In this document: in pieces, positions 10,364 to 18,310 of the stretch
Position numbering within the stretch: position 1 is the stretch's first letter
Layout: each line of letters begins with the position of its first letter
NCBI GenBank assembly: GCA_964465735.1
Contig: CAYXKT010000010.1
Location: 2,925 to 34,924 of the forward strand
Length of the DNA stretch: 32,000 nt
DNA from: an uncultured bacterium
GTDB taxonomy: Bacteria > Auribacterota > Erginobacteria > Erginobacterales > Erginobacteraceae
Direction of reading: 5' to 3'
Translations under genes and position numbers: made by a program
Notes under the pieces: generated by a model
Databases searched by the model: none
What the model saw: only the letters and a program-made list of their open reading frames with translations
Told to the model about the DNA's origin: nothing

Positions 10364-10394
10364 AATTCGACAGGATTTAGAAGATAGGGAGAAT

Positions 10395-10418
10395 GGAGTG
10401 ATGGAGTGATGGAGTGAT
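10395..10418 (+). repeat. Three perfect tandem copies of the octamer GGAGTGAT
   Basis: Direct reading of the GT4 / oxidoreductase spacer: GGAGTGAT GGAGTGAT GGAGTGAT. Confidence 0.9.
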
Positions 10419-10501
10419 GGCGGCTCAATCCGGTCCCTCACTCCGACGCGCCGAACCTCCATCTGTTCCCTGATTTTGGGCAATCAAACAAGGAGAATGT
10501 G

Positions 10502-11506
10502 ATGATCAATCTGGGCATTATCGGGGTTGGTGGCTGGGGGAAGAACCTGTTGCGAAACTTCCAGGAACAGCCGGGGGCGCGGGTATTGATCGCCGCGGAC
10601 AAGGTGGAAGAGCGCAGGAGTGTTGCCGGGGAGAAGTACCCGGAGATGATCTTGACCGATGACTACAACGATATCCTCTCCCATCCGGATATCCGGGCGG
10701 TGGTGGTGGCTACCCCGGGGGCCGGTCATTTTGCCGTCGCTCAAGATTGTCTCCTGGCGGGGAAGGATGTCTTTGTCGAGAAGCCGATGGCCCTGACCGC
10801 CGCCGACTGTCTCGAGCTCTGTCGGTTGGCCGAGGAGCGCGACCTGATCCTGATGGTCGGGCACCTCCTTCTCTACCACCCGGCGGTGCGGAAATTGAAG
10901 GAGGAGATCGAGGCGGGGACGATCGGAGACCTGTATTATCTCTACAGCCAGCGGCTCAACCTGGGGAAGATCCGCCGGAGCGAGAACGCGCTCTGGACTT
11001 TCGCTCCCCACGACATTTCGGTCGCCCTTTATCTGCTCGGCCGGCCACCGGTCGCGGTCTCCGCCCGGGGAGGGGCCTATATCCAGGCCGCGGTCGCCGA
11101 TGTCGCCTTTATCACCGTCAGTTTCGCCGACGGGGTGATGGCCCACCTTCACGTCAGCTGGCTCGACCCCCGCAAGGAGCGGAAGGTGACCATTGTCGGT
11201 TCCCGGAAGATGCTGGTCTTCGACGATATGGACAGTCTGGAGCCGGTCCGGATTTATGACAAGGGGGTGCCGGAGAATTTGGCCTACGACACCTATGGGG
11301 AGTATCTCAACCTCCGCTACGGCGATGTCCATATCCCCTGGGTCAGAGCCGGAGAACCGTTGCGGGCGGAGACCGGCCATTTCCTCGACTGTGTCCGCGA
11401 GCGGAAACAGCCGCTGACTGACGGCCGCAACGGGCTGGCAGTGGTCTCGGTTCTGGAAGCCGCCCAGCGTTCGCTGGAAAACGGGGGGCGGTTAATCGAA
11501 CTGTGA
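10502..11506 (+). CDS. Gfo/Idh/MocA family NAD(P)-dependent sugar oxidoreductase (WlbA-like)
   Basis: Rossmann motif IGVGGWGKNLLRNF, catalytic-region FVEKPMALTAAD, MVGHLLLYHPAVRKLK. ATG at 10502; the track start at 10499 is a GTG. Confidence 0.88.
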   Translation: MINLGIIGVGGWGKNLLRNFQEQPGARVLIAADKVEERRSVAGEKYPEMILTDDYNDILSHPDIRAVVVATPGAGHFAVAQDCLLAGKDVFVEKPMALTAADCLELCRLAEERDLILMVGHLLLYHPAVRKLKEEIEAGTIGDLYYLYSQRLNLGKIRRSENALWTFAPHDISVALYLLGRPPVAVSARGGAYIQAAVADVAFITVSFADGVMAHLHVSWLDPRKERKVTIVGSRKMLVFDDMDSLEPVRIYDKGVPENLAYDTYGEYLNLRYGDVHIPWVRAGEPLRAETGHFLDCVRERKQPLTDGRNGLAVVSVLEAAQRSLENGGRLIEL

Positions 11507-11531
11507 ACCATAGCGAGCGGGGATTTAAAAA

Positions 11532-11578
11532 GGAGTGAGGGATCGGCTGTGGCTGCCGGTATTCCAGTACCCCAGCAC
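11532..11578 (+). repeat. Copy 1 of a 47-nt dispersed intergenic repeat
   Basis: GGAGTGAGGGATCGGCTGTGGCTGCCGGTATTCCAGTACCCCAGCAC aligns gap-free to 14166-14212 with about 40/47 identities. Confidence 0.75.
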
Positions 11579-11631
11579 CCCAGTCACCGTAATCCTATTA
11601 ATTTCTAAATAGTCAACCGGCAAGGGAGAAA

Positions 11632-12240
11632 ATGAAAAAAACCAAGACTGAGAGCGGTTACTTTGTCCACCGATCAAGCTATGTTGACTCGGGGGCCGAG
11701 ATCGGGGAGGGGACTAAAATCTGGCACTTCAGCCATATCCAGTCCGGGGCCCGGATCGGCCGCGGCTGCTCGATCGGCCAGAACGTCAACATCGCCTCTA
11801 ACGTGAAGATTGGCGATTATGTCAAGATCCAGAACAATGTCTCGGTATATGAGGGGGTGGAGCTGGAGGATTATGTCTTCTGCGGACCCTCGATGGTCTT
11901 TACCAATATCCTCGACCCCCGGAGCGAATTTCCCCAGCGGGGAAGCGGATTTTACTTAAAGACCCTGGTCAAGCGTTCGGCCAGTATCGGGGCCAACGCC
12001 ACTGTCGTCTGCGGCCGGTCTATTGGGCGCTCGGCTTTTATCGGCGCCGGAGCCGTGGTAACCCGGGATGTCCCTGATTTCGCCCTGGTTTACGGCAACC
12101 CGGCTACGCTGAAAGGCTGGATCTGCGCCTGCGGCGAGCAGTTGAATTTTTCGGAAGCATCGGCGCTCTGCCGGCGGTGTGGTCGGAGATATCTTCGGAG
12201 GGGCGGAGTGGTGAGCCTCTTACCGGAAATCCAGGAATGA
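11632..12240 (+). CDS. Left-handed beta-helix N-acetyltransferase (WlbB/WbpD-like) with C-terminal four-cysteine zinc-ribbon-like tail
   Basis: Hexapeptide repeats IGEGTKIWHFSHIQSGARIGRGCSIGQNVNIAS; LVKRSASIGANATVVCGRSIGRSAFIGAGAVVTRDVPDFALVYGNPATLKGWICACG...CRRCG. Confidence 0.9.
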   Translation: MKKTKTESGYFVHRSSYVDSGAEIGEGTKIWHFSHIQSGARIGRGCSIGQNVNIASNVKIGDYVKIQNNVSVYEGVELEDYVFCGPSMVFTNILDPRSEFPQRGSGFYLKTLVKRSASIGANATVVCGRSIGRSAFIGAGAVVTRDVPDFALVYGNPATLKGWICACGEQLNFSEASALCRRCGRRYLRRGGVVSLLPEIQE

Positions 12241-13343
12241 TCCCCCGGCCCCGGAGAGTCCTTTATGTGATCGACAAGATGGTCCGGGCGGGGGCTCAGC
12301 GCCATCTGCGGCAGCTGCTCGCCGGTTTTGACCGCCGGGAGGTCGAACCGATGCTTTGCTGTCTGCTCAGTTCCGGGCCCCTGGCGGAGGAACTGGCGGG
12401 GGAGGGGATCGTGGTCGAGACTCTGGGGCTGGAAAATATTATGGGTTTCCGGTTCTTTCGGGCCATTGCCGGCTTGCGGCAGATCATCCGCCGGCACCGG
12501 ATCGACCTGGTCCATTCCTATCTCTTTGCCGCCAACCTGGTCTCCCCTCCAGCCGGCTTGCTTACCAATACGACGGTAATTACCAGCCGACGGGATACCG
12601 GGTTCTGGAAGACCCGCCGCCATATTCTGGCCCTTCGGGCGGTCAACCCCCTGACCGGGAAGATCACCGCCAACTCCCGGGCGGTGGTCGAATACCTTCA
12701 CCGGCGAGAAAGGGCAAAAGCGGAAAAAATTGTTTTGATCTATAATGGGGTCGAGCTCCCGGCCGGGGCAGAGATGCCTGCTCGTCCGACCGGAGCGGGC
12801 AGTAAGATTGTGATTGGCGCGCTGGGGAATATCCGTCCGGTCAAGGGCTACCGGGAACTGCTCAAGGCGGTAGGGATGCTGGCACCGGATATTGATTGGG
12901 AACTCCGGGTGGCCGGGCGGACACTGGATTACGGCTACCGGGAAGAGCTGCGGGATCTGGCCGGTGAAGAAGGACTGGGCGGTCGGATAAGTTTTATCGG
13001 AGAGGCGGCCCAACCGGAAGAATTTCTCCAGGGTCTGGACATCTTTGTCCTGCCCTCCCGGACAGAAGGATTCTCCAACGCCCTGATTGAGGCGATGGCC
13101 TGTGGTCTGCCGGTTATTGCTACCACGGTCGGCGCTAACCCGGAGGTGATCGTCGAGGGGGAGAGCGGCTTGCTGGTCAAGCCCGGGGTCCCCCAACTTT
13201 TGGCGGAGAGGCTGGAAGAACTGGCCCGGGATCCCGGGCTCCGTTTCCGTCTGGGCCGCGCGGGCCGCCGGAGGGTCGGGGAAGTTTTCAGCCGGGAGGC
13301 GATGTGTCGGAATTATCGGGATTTATATTATGAGTGGGCTTGA
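12237..13343 (+). CDS. Glycosyltransferase family 4
   Basis: MIPRPRRVLYVIDKMVRAGAQRHLRQLL start. The ATG at 12237 overlaps the previous stop as ATGA and is preferred over the upstream start at 12177. IVLIYNGVEL, GALGNIRPVKGYRELL and LDIFVLPSRTEGFSNALIEAMACGLPVIATTVGANPEVI. Confidence 0.92.
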   Translation: MIPRPRRVLYVIDKMVRAGAQRHLRQLLAGFDRREVEPMLCCLLSSGPLAEELAGEGIVVETLGLENIMGFRFFRAIAGLRQIIRRHRIDLVHSYLFAANLVSPPAGLLTNTTVITSRRDTGFWKTRRHILALRAVNPLTGKITANSRAVVEYLHRRERAKAEKIVLIYNGVELPAGAEMPARPTGAGSKIVIGALGNIRPVKGYRELLKAVGMLAPDIDWELRVAGRTLDYGYREELRDLAGEEGLGGRISFIGEAAQPEEFLQGLDIFVLPSRTEGFSNALIEAMACGLPVIATTVGANPEVIVEGESGLLVKPGVPQLLAERLEELARDPGLRFRLGRAGRRRVGEVFSREAMCRNYRDLYYEWA

Positions 13344-14160
13344 ATTCTTCTCCCGGCAGAGGCTCCGGAAGGTTCTTCCTCGCCTGGCGGCAACCTGTGC
13401 GCCTAAAGTCGGTGGGTTCAGGGTCCGGATCCTGATGTATCATCGGGTTACCGATATCCCCGGTGATCGGCTGTCGGTATCTCCGGACGAGTTTAGCCGA
13501 CAGATGGATCTCCTCCGGGCCGGAGGCCGGACGGTGGCGGATCTCTCCGCCGCCTTCTTTCGGGATGGGGCAGATCGCGAACGGAGCCGGGAGGTCCTGG
13601 TCCTGACTTTTGATGACGGTTACCGGGACTTTTATGATAATGTCTTCCCAATTCTCCGGGCCCGGCGGCTGCCGGCCGTGGTTTTTGTCGTCCCGAAATT
13701 CATTGAGGGCGCGATCGAGCTGGACCGCTACCGGGGGAGGGGAGAGGACTCTCGCCCGCTCTCCTGGGAGATGTTGGCGGAGATGAGCAAGGAGGGAATA
13801 GAGATCGGTTCCCATTCCCTGACCCATCGGGAATTGACCGGGCTGAGTCGGCCGGAAGCCGAGACCGAGATCTTGAGGTCAGCGGCGGTGATCGCCGAGC
13901 AACTGGGCCGGCGGCCGCAATGGTTCGCCTACCCCCGGGGGAAGGCCGATCCTGGGCTGGCCGAGTTGGTCCGGGCGGCCGGCTATCGGGGGGCCGTTAC
14001 CGTCCGGCCCGGGATCAATCGGTCGGGCCAGGACCGCTACCTGCTGCGCCGGACTGAGATCTCGGGAGATGACGACCGGGAAGATTTTTTGTTGAAGATT
14101 GCCGGAGGTTTTGATCTTCCTCACCGGGTCTGGCAGATAATGGCGGGGAGGAGATTATGA
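13330..14160 (+). CDS. Polysaccharide deacetylase (NodB/CE4) family protein
   Basis: ILMYHRVTD, VLTFDDGYRDFYDNVFPIL, EIGSHSLTHRELTGLS, WFAYPRGKADPGL. Confidence 0.92.
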   Translation: MSGLEFFSRQRLRKVLPRLAATCAPKVGGFRVRILMYHRVTDIPGDRLSVSPDEFSRQMDLLRAGGRTVADLSAAFFRDGADRERSREVLVLTFDDGYRDFYDNVFPILRARRLPAVVFVVPKFIEGAIELDRYRGRGEDSRPLSWEMLAEMSKEGIEIGSHSLTHRELTGLSRPEAETEILRSAAVIAEQLGRRPQWFAYPRGKADPGLAELVRAAGYRGAVTVRPGINRSGQDRYLLRRTEISGDDDREDFLLKIAGGFDLPHRVWQIMAGRRL

Positions 14161-14165
14161 AGGAT

Positions 14166-14212
14166 GGAGTGATGGACCGGATGGGGCTGCCGGTACTCCA
14201 GTACTTCAGCAC
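14166..14212 (+). repeat. Copy 2 of the 47-nt dispersed intergenic repeat
   Basis: GGAGTGATGGACCGGATGGGGCTGCCGGTACTCCAGTACTTCAGCAC; see 11532-11578. Confidence 0.75.
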
Positions 14213-14281
14213 AGCAATACTGCGTCGCTCCAATTGCCAGGTGAATCCGGATATTTCCCTGCTTGCCTCTTATCGATACCA

Positions 14282-15427
14282 ATGAACGGCAGACGAAAAA
14301 TTACGATCCTCCACCTGATTGACAGCCTTCCCCGGGAGGGGGCGGAGATGGTGGTCTATGACCTGATCCAGCAGGGAAACCGGGAGGAGTTTAATTTCCT
14401 GGTCGTTGCCCTGACTCGGGGCGGCGGGGTGGCGGAGATGCTAAAAGCGATCGATATCCCGGTCGATATCCTGAAGAGAAGATCGTTTCTTGACCTCCGG
14501 GCTTTTCGCCGGTTGCTGCGCTTGATCAGAAATCGGAGGGTGGACGTGATCCAGACTCATCTCTTTTCCAGTCATCTCTGGGGGTGGGCGGCGGCGCTTT
14601 TCTTCCCCCGGGTCCGGCTGCTGCGGGTCGAGCACAATATGTCGGAATGGAAGAATTATCTCCGCCGGGGTCTGGATTATCTGCTTTCTTTTCGGACCGA
14701 CCGGTTTGTCGCGGTCTCCAAACCGGTCCGCGGATCCCTGGTCTCGCGCTGCCGTATCGACCCGGTTAGGGTTGAGGTGATTGTGAACGGATTGAATACC
14801 GACCGACTCCGGCCAGGTTCTGACCCGGCCGCCTGGCGGCGGAAACTGGAGATTCCGGCGGAGTCAAAGATTGTGGTCACCGCCGCCGCGCTTACTTCGA
14901 AGAAAGGTCACCGGTATCTTCTGTCGGCATCCGAACTGGTCTCTGCCCATCGGGATGATGTCTATTTTCTCTTACTTGGGGAGGGGGAACTGCGGGGCGA
15001 ACTGGAAAGTTCAATCCGGGAGCGGGGGCTAACCGATCGGGTATTTCTCCTCGGCTCCCGTTCGGACGCGGTGGAGATTATCTCCCAATCCGATCTCTTT
15101 GTTCTCAGCTCGATCCGGGAGGGTCTGCCGATTTCCCTGCTGGAGGCGATGGCTCTGAACCGACCGGTGGTGGTAACCGCGGTGGGAGGATGTCCGGATC
15201 TGATTGTGGAAGGTGAAAACGGCCTCCTGGTTCAGCCCCGGGACGGGGCAGGTCTGGCGGCGGCGATCGTAAAGGTTCTCGACTCTCCGGGGCTGGGAGA
15301 ACGGCTGGGAAAAGCGGCCGCCCAAACCGTGGTTACAGGATACGGGATGCGGGGAATGATCGAAGCTTACGAACAACTCTACCGGTTGAACCGGGAGCAG
15401 CTGAGAAGACGAGTGGGGAACCAATGA
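14282..15427 (+). CDS. Glycosyltransferase family 4
   Basis: ITILHLIDSLPREGAEMVVYDLI, VIVNGLNTDRLRPG, SDLFVLSSIREGLPISLLEAMALNRPVVVTAVGGCPDLIVEGENGLLV. ATG at 14282 preferred over the upstream TTG at 14234. Confidence 0.92.
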   Translation: MNGRRKITILHLIDSLPREGAEMVVYDLIQQGNREEFNFLVVALTRGGGVAEMLKAIDIPVDILKRRSFLDLRAFRRLLRLIRNRRVDVIQTHLFSSHLWGWAAALFFPRVRLLRVEHNMSEWKNYLRRGLDYLLSFRTDRFVAVSKPVRGSLVSRCRIDPVRVEVIVNGLNTDRLRPGSDPAAWRRKLEIPAESKIVVTAAALTSKKGHRYLLSASELVSAHRDDVYFLLLGEGELRGELESSIRERGLTDRVFLLGSRSDAVEIISQSDLFVLSSIREGLPISLLEAMALNRPVVVTAVGGCPDLIVEGENGLLVQPRDGAGLAAAIVKVLDSPGLGERLGKAAAQTVVTGYGMRGMIEAYEQLYRLNREQLRRRVGNQ

Positions 15428-15726
15428 GCGATCTCAAGCCGATCCCGGAAAAACGGAAGATCCGGGTCAGAACCCGGGTGGACGAGAGACGGACCGAGAA
15501 GATTAGCGGTCGGCTGTCCCGGGTAAAGGTCGTGGCCGTATTATTTGCGGCGGCGGTCGTGGGGATTGCCCTGGGAATTGTCCTGGGCCGGGGGGCTAAC
15601 CGGATGGTCAGTGTTCATCGCCAGCAGAAGCGGATTGCTCAGTCCCTGCCGAAGTTCAACCCCGATTCTTCGGACCTGGCGGAACTGGCTCCGGTGGCGG
15701 AACCCGGCAAGTCGCCCGCGCGTTGA
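15424..15726 (+). CDS. Small single-pass membrane protein of unknown function
   Basis: 100 aa, basic N-terminus then VVAVLFAAAVVGIALGIVLG hydrophobic segment. ATGA overlap with the upstream glycosyltransferase suggests translational coupling. Confidence 0.6.
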   Translation: MSDLKPIPEKRKIRVRTRVDERRTEKISGRLSRVKVVAVLFAAAVVGIALGIVLGRGANRMVSVHRQQKRIAQSLPKFNPDSSDLAELAPVAEPGKSPAR

Positions 15727-16463
15727 ATGATCTCAATCTCCACCCGGCGGTTCATCGCTCTCCCCTCGGGCGTGGCGTTGCTTGCTGCCGGCTGGTAGGG
15801 GCCATAACCGATCGCGCTGAGAATCCCCGGCCCGATCCCCTGTTCGTCGATCAGATACCGCATTACTGAACTTGCCCGGGCGCAGCTCAACTCCCAGTTG
15901 GAAGGATAACGGAGGGTATTGATCGGAAGGTTGTCGGTATGCCCACTGATCCGGACTTCAACGGTCGGGTTGTGGAGAAAGACCCGGGCCAGAAGGTTGA
16001 GAAACTCTTTCCCTTCCGGTCTCAGATCGGCCGAGGCGGGGCGGAAGAGAAAAGGGGCGAGGGGGACGATCTTCAGCTTCCACTTGCTGACGTCAACCCG
16101 GACGAAGCGGCTTAAATTGGCGTCGATGATATACTGCTGGATCTCCCGGGCCATCTGCCGCATCTCGTCAATCCGGGCCAGCTCCCGCATCTGCTGCTCT
16201 TTTAATTCCCGGATTTTATCCAGCAGTTCCTGCTCCTCCTGGGTCAGCTCAACATCGATCGCGTCTTCTATTCTTCGGTCGGAGAGCTGGATCAAACGTT
16301 CCCCGGCGATCCAGACCACCGGGATGTTCAGGGCCAGCATCGTGGAGAGGATGATGAAGAAAGTCATCATCAAGGTGGCCAGATCGGAGTAGGTGGTCAT
16401 CCACTCCGGCGGCCAGCCGGCGCCCCCCTCGTCCGGATTGAAATTTTGCCTTCTTCGGGCCAT
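15639..16463 (-). CDS. MotB-family protein B (OmpA-like peptidoglycan-binding domain)
   Basis: Single N-terminal TM with proton-path Asp context GWPPEWMTTYSDLATLMMTFFIILSTM. OmpA-like VEVRISGHTDNLPINTLRYPSNWELSCARASSVMRYLI...NRRVEIEII. Confidence 0.9.
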   Translation of the reverse strand: MARRRQNFNPDEGGAGWPPEWMTTYSDLATLMMTFFIILSTMLALNIPVVWIAGERLIQLSDRRIEDAIDVELTQEEQELLDKIRELKEQQMRELARIDEMRQMAREIQQYIIDANLSRFVRVDVSKWKLKIVPLAPFLFRPASADLRPEGKEFLNLLARVFLHNPTVEVRISGHTDNLPINTLRYPSNWELSCARASSVMRYLIDEQGIGPGILSAIGYGPYQPAASNATPEGRAMNRRVEIEIIQRAGDLPGSATGASSARSEESGLNFGRD

Positions 16464-16482
16464 TATCAGGGTTCGGTCGGAT

Positions 16483-17298
16483 TTATCTCTCGGCCATCTC
16501 GGAGCCGAGATAGATATGGAACTCGACCCGGCGGTTGCGCCCCGTCAGTTCGGGGTCGTCTTCTTCATACTTGGGTCGGGAAGGGCCGTAAGCCGCGGCG
16601 GAGATCCTTTCCGGGGGGATCTCCCCCCGGTCAATGAGGTAATTGGCCGCGGCAATCGCTCGGGCGGCGGAGAGTTCCCAGTTGCTGGGGAACTGTTGCT
16701 GATGTCGGGGGTGGATCGGGGTGGAGTCGGTATGCCCCTCGATCCGGACCGAGGCTCCGGTCTCTTCAATCAGCCAGGCGATCTTGTCCAGAACCGGATA
16801 GAAAGACTGGAGAATTTCTGCCTTACCCTCCCGGAAAACCAGAGGCGCGGTAGGGATGATCACGATATCCTCCGCCGTTACCAAGAGCTCGACGTCGCCC
16901 TCCATCCTTCCCATCCGAACAAACTCCATCACCTCTTCCGCTTTCATCCGCAGGGTCCCCAGTTCGCTGAGGACGGTCTGCTGCTGTTTGCGGGGGAGCA
17001 GCTGGAATTGGGTCAGGATCCGGTACTCATCCTCGGTGACAAAATCCATCTGGCTGGTCTCGGCGGTTCCCCGGATGATATCGGCATCGTCCTCCTCCCG
17101 CATTTTGATGTATTTCTCGTCAATCCCGGCTACGGTCAGCGAATACCAGAGGACAAAGAAGGTCATCAGGATGGTTGTCATATCGGAGTAGGTGACCATC
17201 CAGTCCGGTGGCCAGTCCCCTTCGATCCCGCCGGCCCCGGACTCGGGGGCGATCCGTTCGTGCTCAATCTGGGGGGTGAGTTCAGTCTCGTCGGGCAT
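16483..17298 (-). CDS. MotB-family protein A (OmpA-like peptidoglycan-binding domain)
   Basis: DWPPDWMVTYSDMTTILMTFFVLWYSL TM; VRIEGHTDSTPIHPRHQQQFPSNWELSAARAIAAANYLI...GRNRRVEFHIYL. Start ATG at 17298 with a good Shine-Dalgarno, rather than the ORF-track start at 17388. Confidence 0.92.
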   Translation of the reverse strand: MPDETELTPQIEHERIAPESGAGGIEGDWPPDWMVTYSDMTTILMTFFVLWYSLTVAGIDEKYIKMREEDDADIIRGTAETSQMDFVTEDEYRILTQFQLLPRKQQQTVLSELGTLRMKAEEVMEFVRMGRMEGDVELLVTAEDIVIIPTAPLVFREGKAEILQSFYPVLDKIAWLIEETGASVRIEGHTDSTPIHPRHQQQFPSNWELSAARAIAAANYLIDRGEIPPERISAAAYGPSRPKYEEDDPELTGRNRRVEFHIYLGSEMAER

Positions 17299-17344
17299 AG
17301 TATGTCTCCTCCCGGGAAGAGCTTCCCGGGCCCGTCCATCGGTC

Positions 17345-18097
17345 CTACTGCCGGCCGGCCAGGTAGGCGCGGAGTTTTTCCCGGACAATCTGGGAATTGT
17401 CGCCGGCCTGGATCGAGGCGATTCCCTCGATGATGATCTCGCGGGAGAGGGCCATATTGGTATTGTAGACCCGAATCTTCCCCGCTACCGGCATACAGAT
17501 CAACCCGGCGAAGAGGATCCCGTAAAAGGTGGTCATCAACGCGACCGACATATTCGGGGCGATGGTCGAAGGGTCGGTCAGAGTCCGCAGGAGCATAATC
17601 AACCCGATCAGGGTCCCGACCATCCCGTAAAGAGGAGCGTAAACCCCGACATCCCGCCAGAGTCGTTCGTCGGCGCCGATCTTCATCTGCAGATAGTCGG
17701 AGACGGTCTCCATAATTCCCCGGGTGATCCCGGGGTCAGTCCCGTCGGCCACCAGGTCAACCCCGATATCAAGCAGGGGGTAGCGGCCCTTGGTTGAGAG
17801 TTCCCGGATCGACATAAATCCTTCCTTCCGGGCCTTGACGGCCATCTCCACGATCAGGTTGATCACCGCTTCCGGGTCCATCACCGCCCCGACCAGAGTG
17901 AAGCGGAAGGCCTTTAAGCCGCTGATGATCTGGTAGAAGCTGAAGTTAATCATAATCGCGGCCGCCGTTCCCCCAAAGACGATGATCACCGACGGGAGGT
18001 TGAAAAAGTAGGGGAGCATCTCCGGTCCCCGGACGTAGATGGAGAGGAAGACGACGCTTACTCCGAGAATAAAACCGATTATGGTGCTGAGGCGCAT
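17345..18097 (-). CDS. motA: MotA-family stator protein (MotA/TolQ/ExbB superfamily, flagellar MotA-like)
   Basis: MRLSTIIGFILGVSVVFLSIYVRG N-terminus, VIIVFGGTAAAIMINF, YAPLYGMVGTLIGLIMLLRTLTDPSTIAPNMSVALMTTFYGILFAGLICMPVAGKI. Confidence 0.95.
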   Translation of the reverse strand: MRLSTIIGFILGVSVVFLSIYVRGPEMLPYFFNLPSVIIVFGGTAAAIMINFSFYQIISGLKAFRFTLVGAVMDPEAVINLIVEMAVKARKEGFMSIRELSTKGRYPLLDIGVDLVADGTDPGITRGIMETVSDYLQMKIGADERLWRDVGVYAPLYGMVGTLIGLIMLLRTLTDPSTIAPNMSVALMTTFYGILFAGLICMPVAGKIRVYNTNMALSREIIIEGIASIQAGDNSQIVREKLRAYLAGRQ

Positions 18098-18103
18098 AGT
18101 TCT

Positions 18104-18310
18104 TTAACCTGTAGTTGGTTCAGGTTTAGGGGAGTTGATCTCCTGCTTGTAGCGGGTGACCTTGGTGATAATATCGTCAACCAGATCCCGGACAATATAT
18201 TGCTCCCCGGAGTTTAAGGTGATGATGGTGTCCGGCTTGGCTTCCAGCCGTTCGATCATCTCAGCGTTGATGATCAATTCCTGTCCGTTAAGCCTGGTCA
18301 GCTTGATCAT
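18104..18310 (-). CDS. flbD: FlbD-family small protein
   Basis: 68 aa: MIKLTRLNGQELIINAEMIERLEAKPDTIITLNSGEQYIVRDLVDDIITKVTRYK, the FlbD family pattern. Immediately upstream of motA; overlaps the previous stop as TAATG. Confidence 0.88.
   Translation of the reverse strand: MIKLTRLNGQELIINAEMIERLEAKPDTIITLNSGEQYIVRDLVDDIITKVTRYKQEINSPKPEPTTG

Noticed and set aside
10484-11380. 298-aa minus-strand ORF antisense to the Gfo/Idh/MocA gene
   Set aside because: Mirror of a strongly supported Rossmann enzyme; low-information D/G/P/Q/H-rich translation.
12177-12236. Upstream start for the second GT4
   Set aside because: Would overlap the acetyltransferase by over 60 nt; the internal ATG at 12237 immediately precedes a canonical GT4 beta strand.
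12090-13196. 368-aa minus-strand ORF antisense to the acetyltransferase/GT4 pair
   Set aside because: Long only because stop codons are rare in this reverse frame; the plus-strand genes have diagnostic motifs.
16393-17433. 346-aa plus-strand ORF antisense to MotB-A and part of MotA
   Set aside because: Shadow ORF; the translation lacks hydrophobic periodicity or motifs, while the opposite frame encodes clear MotB features.
17345-18097. TolQ/ExbB alternative for the MotA-like protein
   Set aside because: Length (250 aa), four-TM layout, the N-terminal MRLSTIIGFILG and the adjacent FlbD and MotB proteins favour the flagellar MotA type over TolQ/ExbB.
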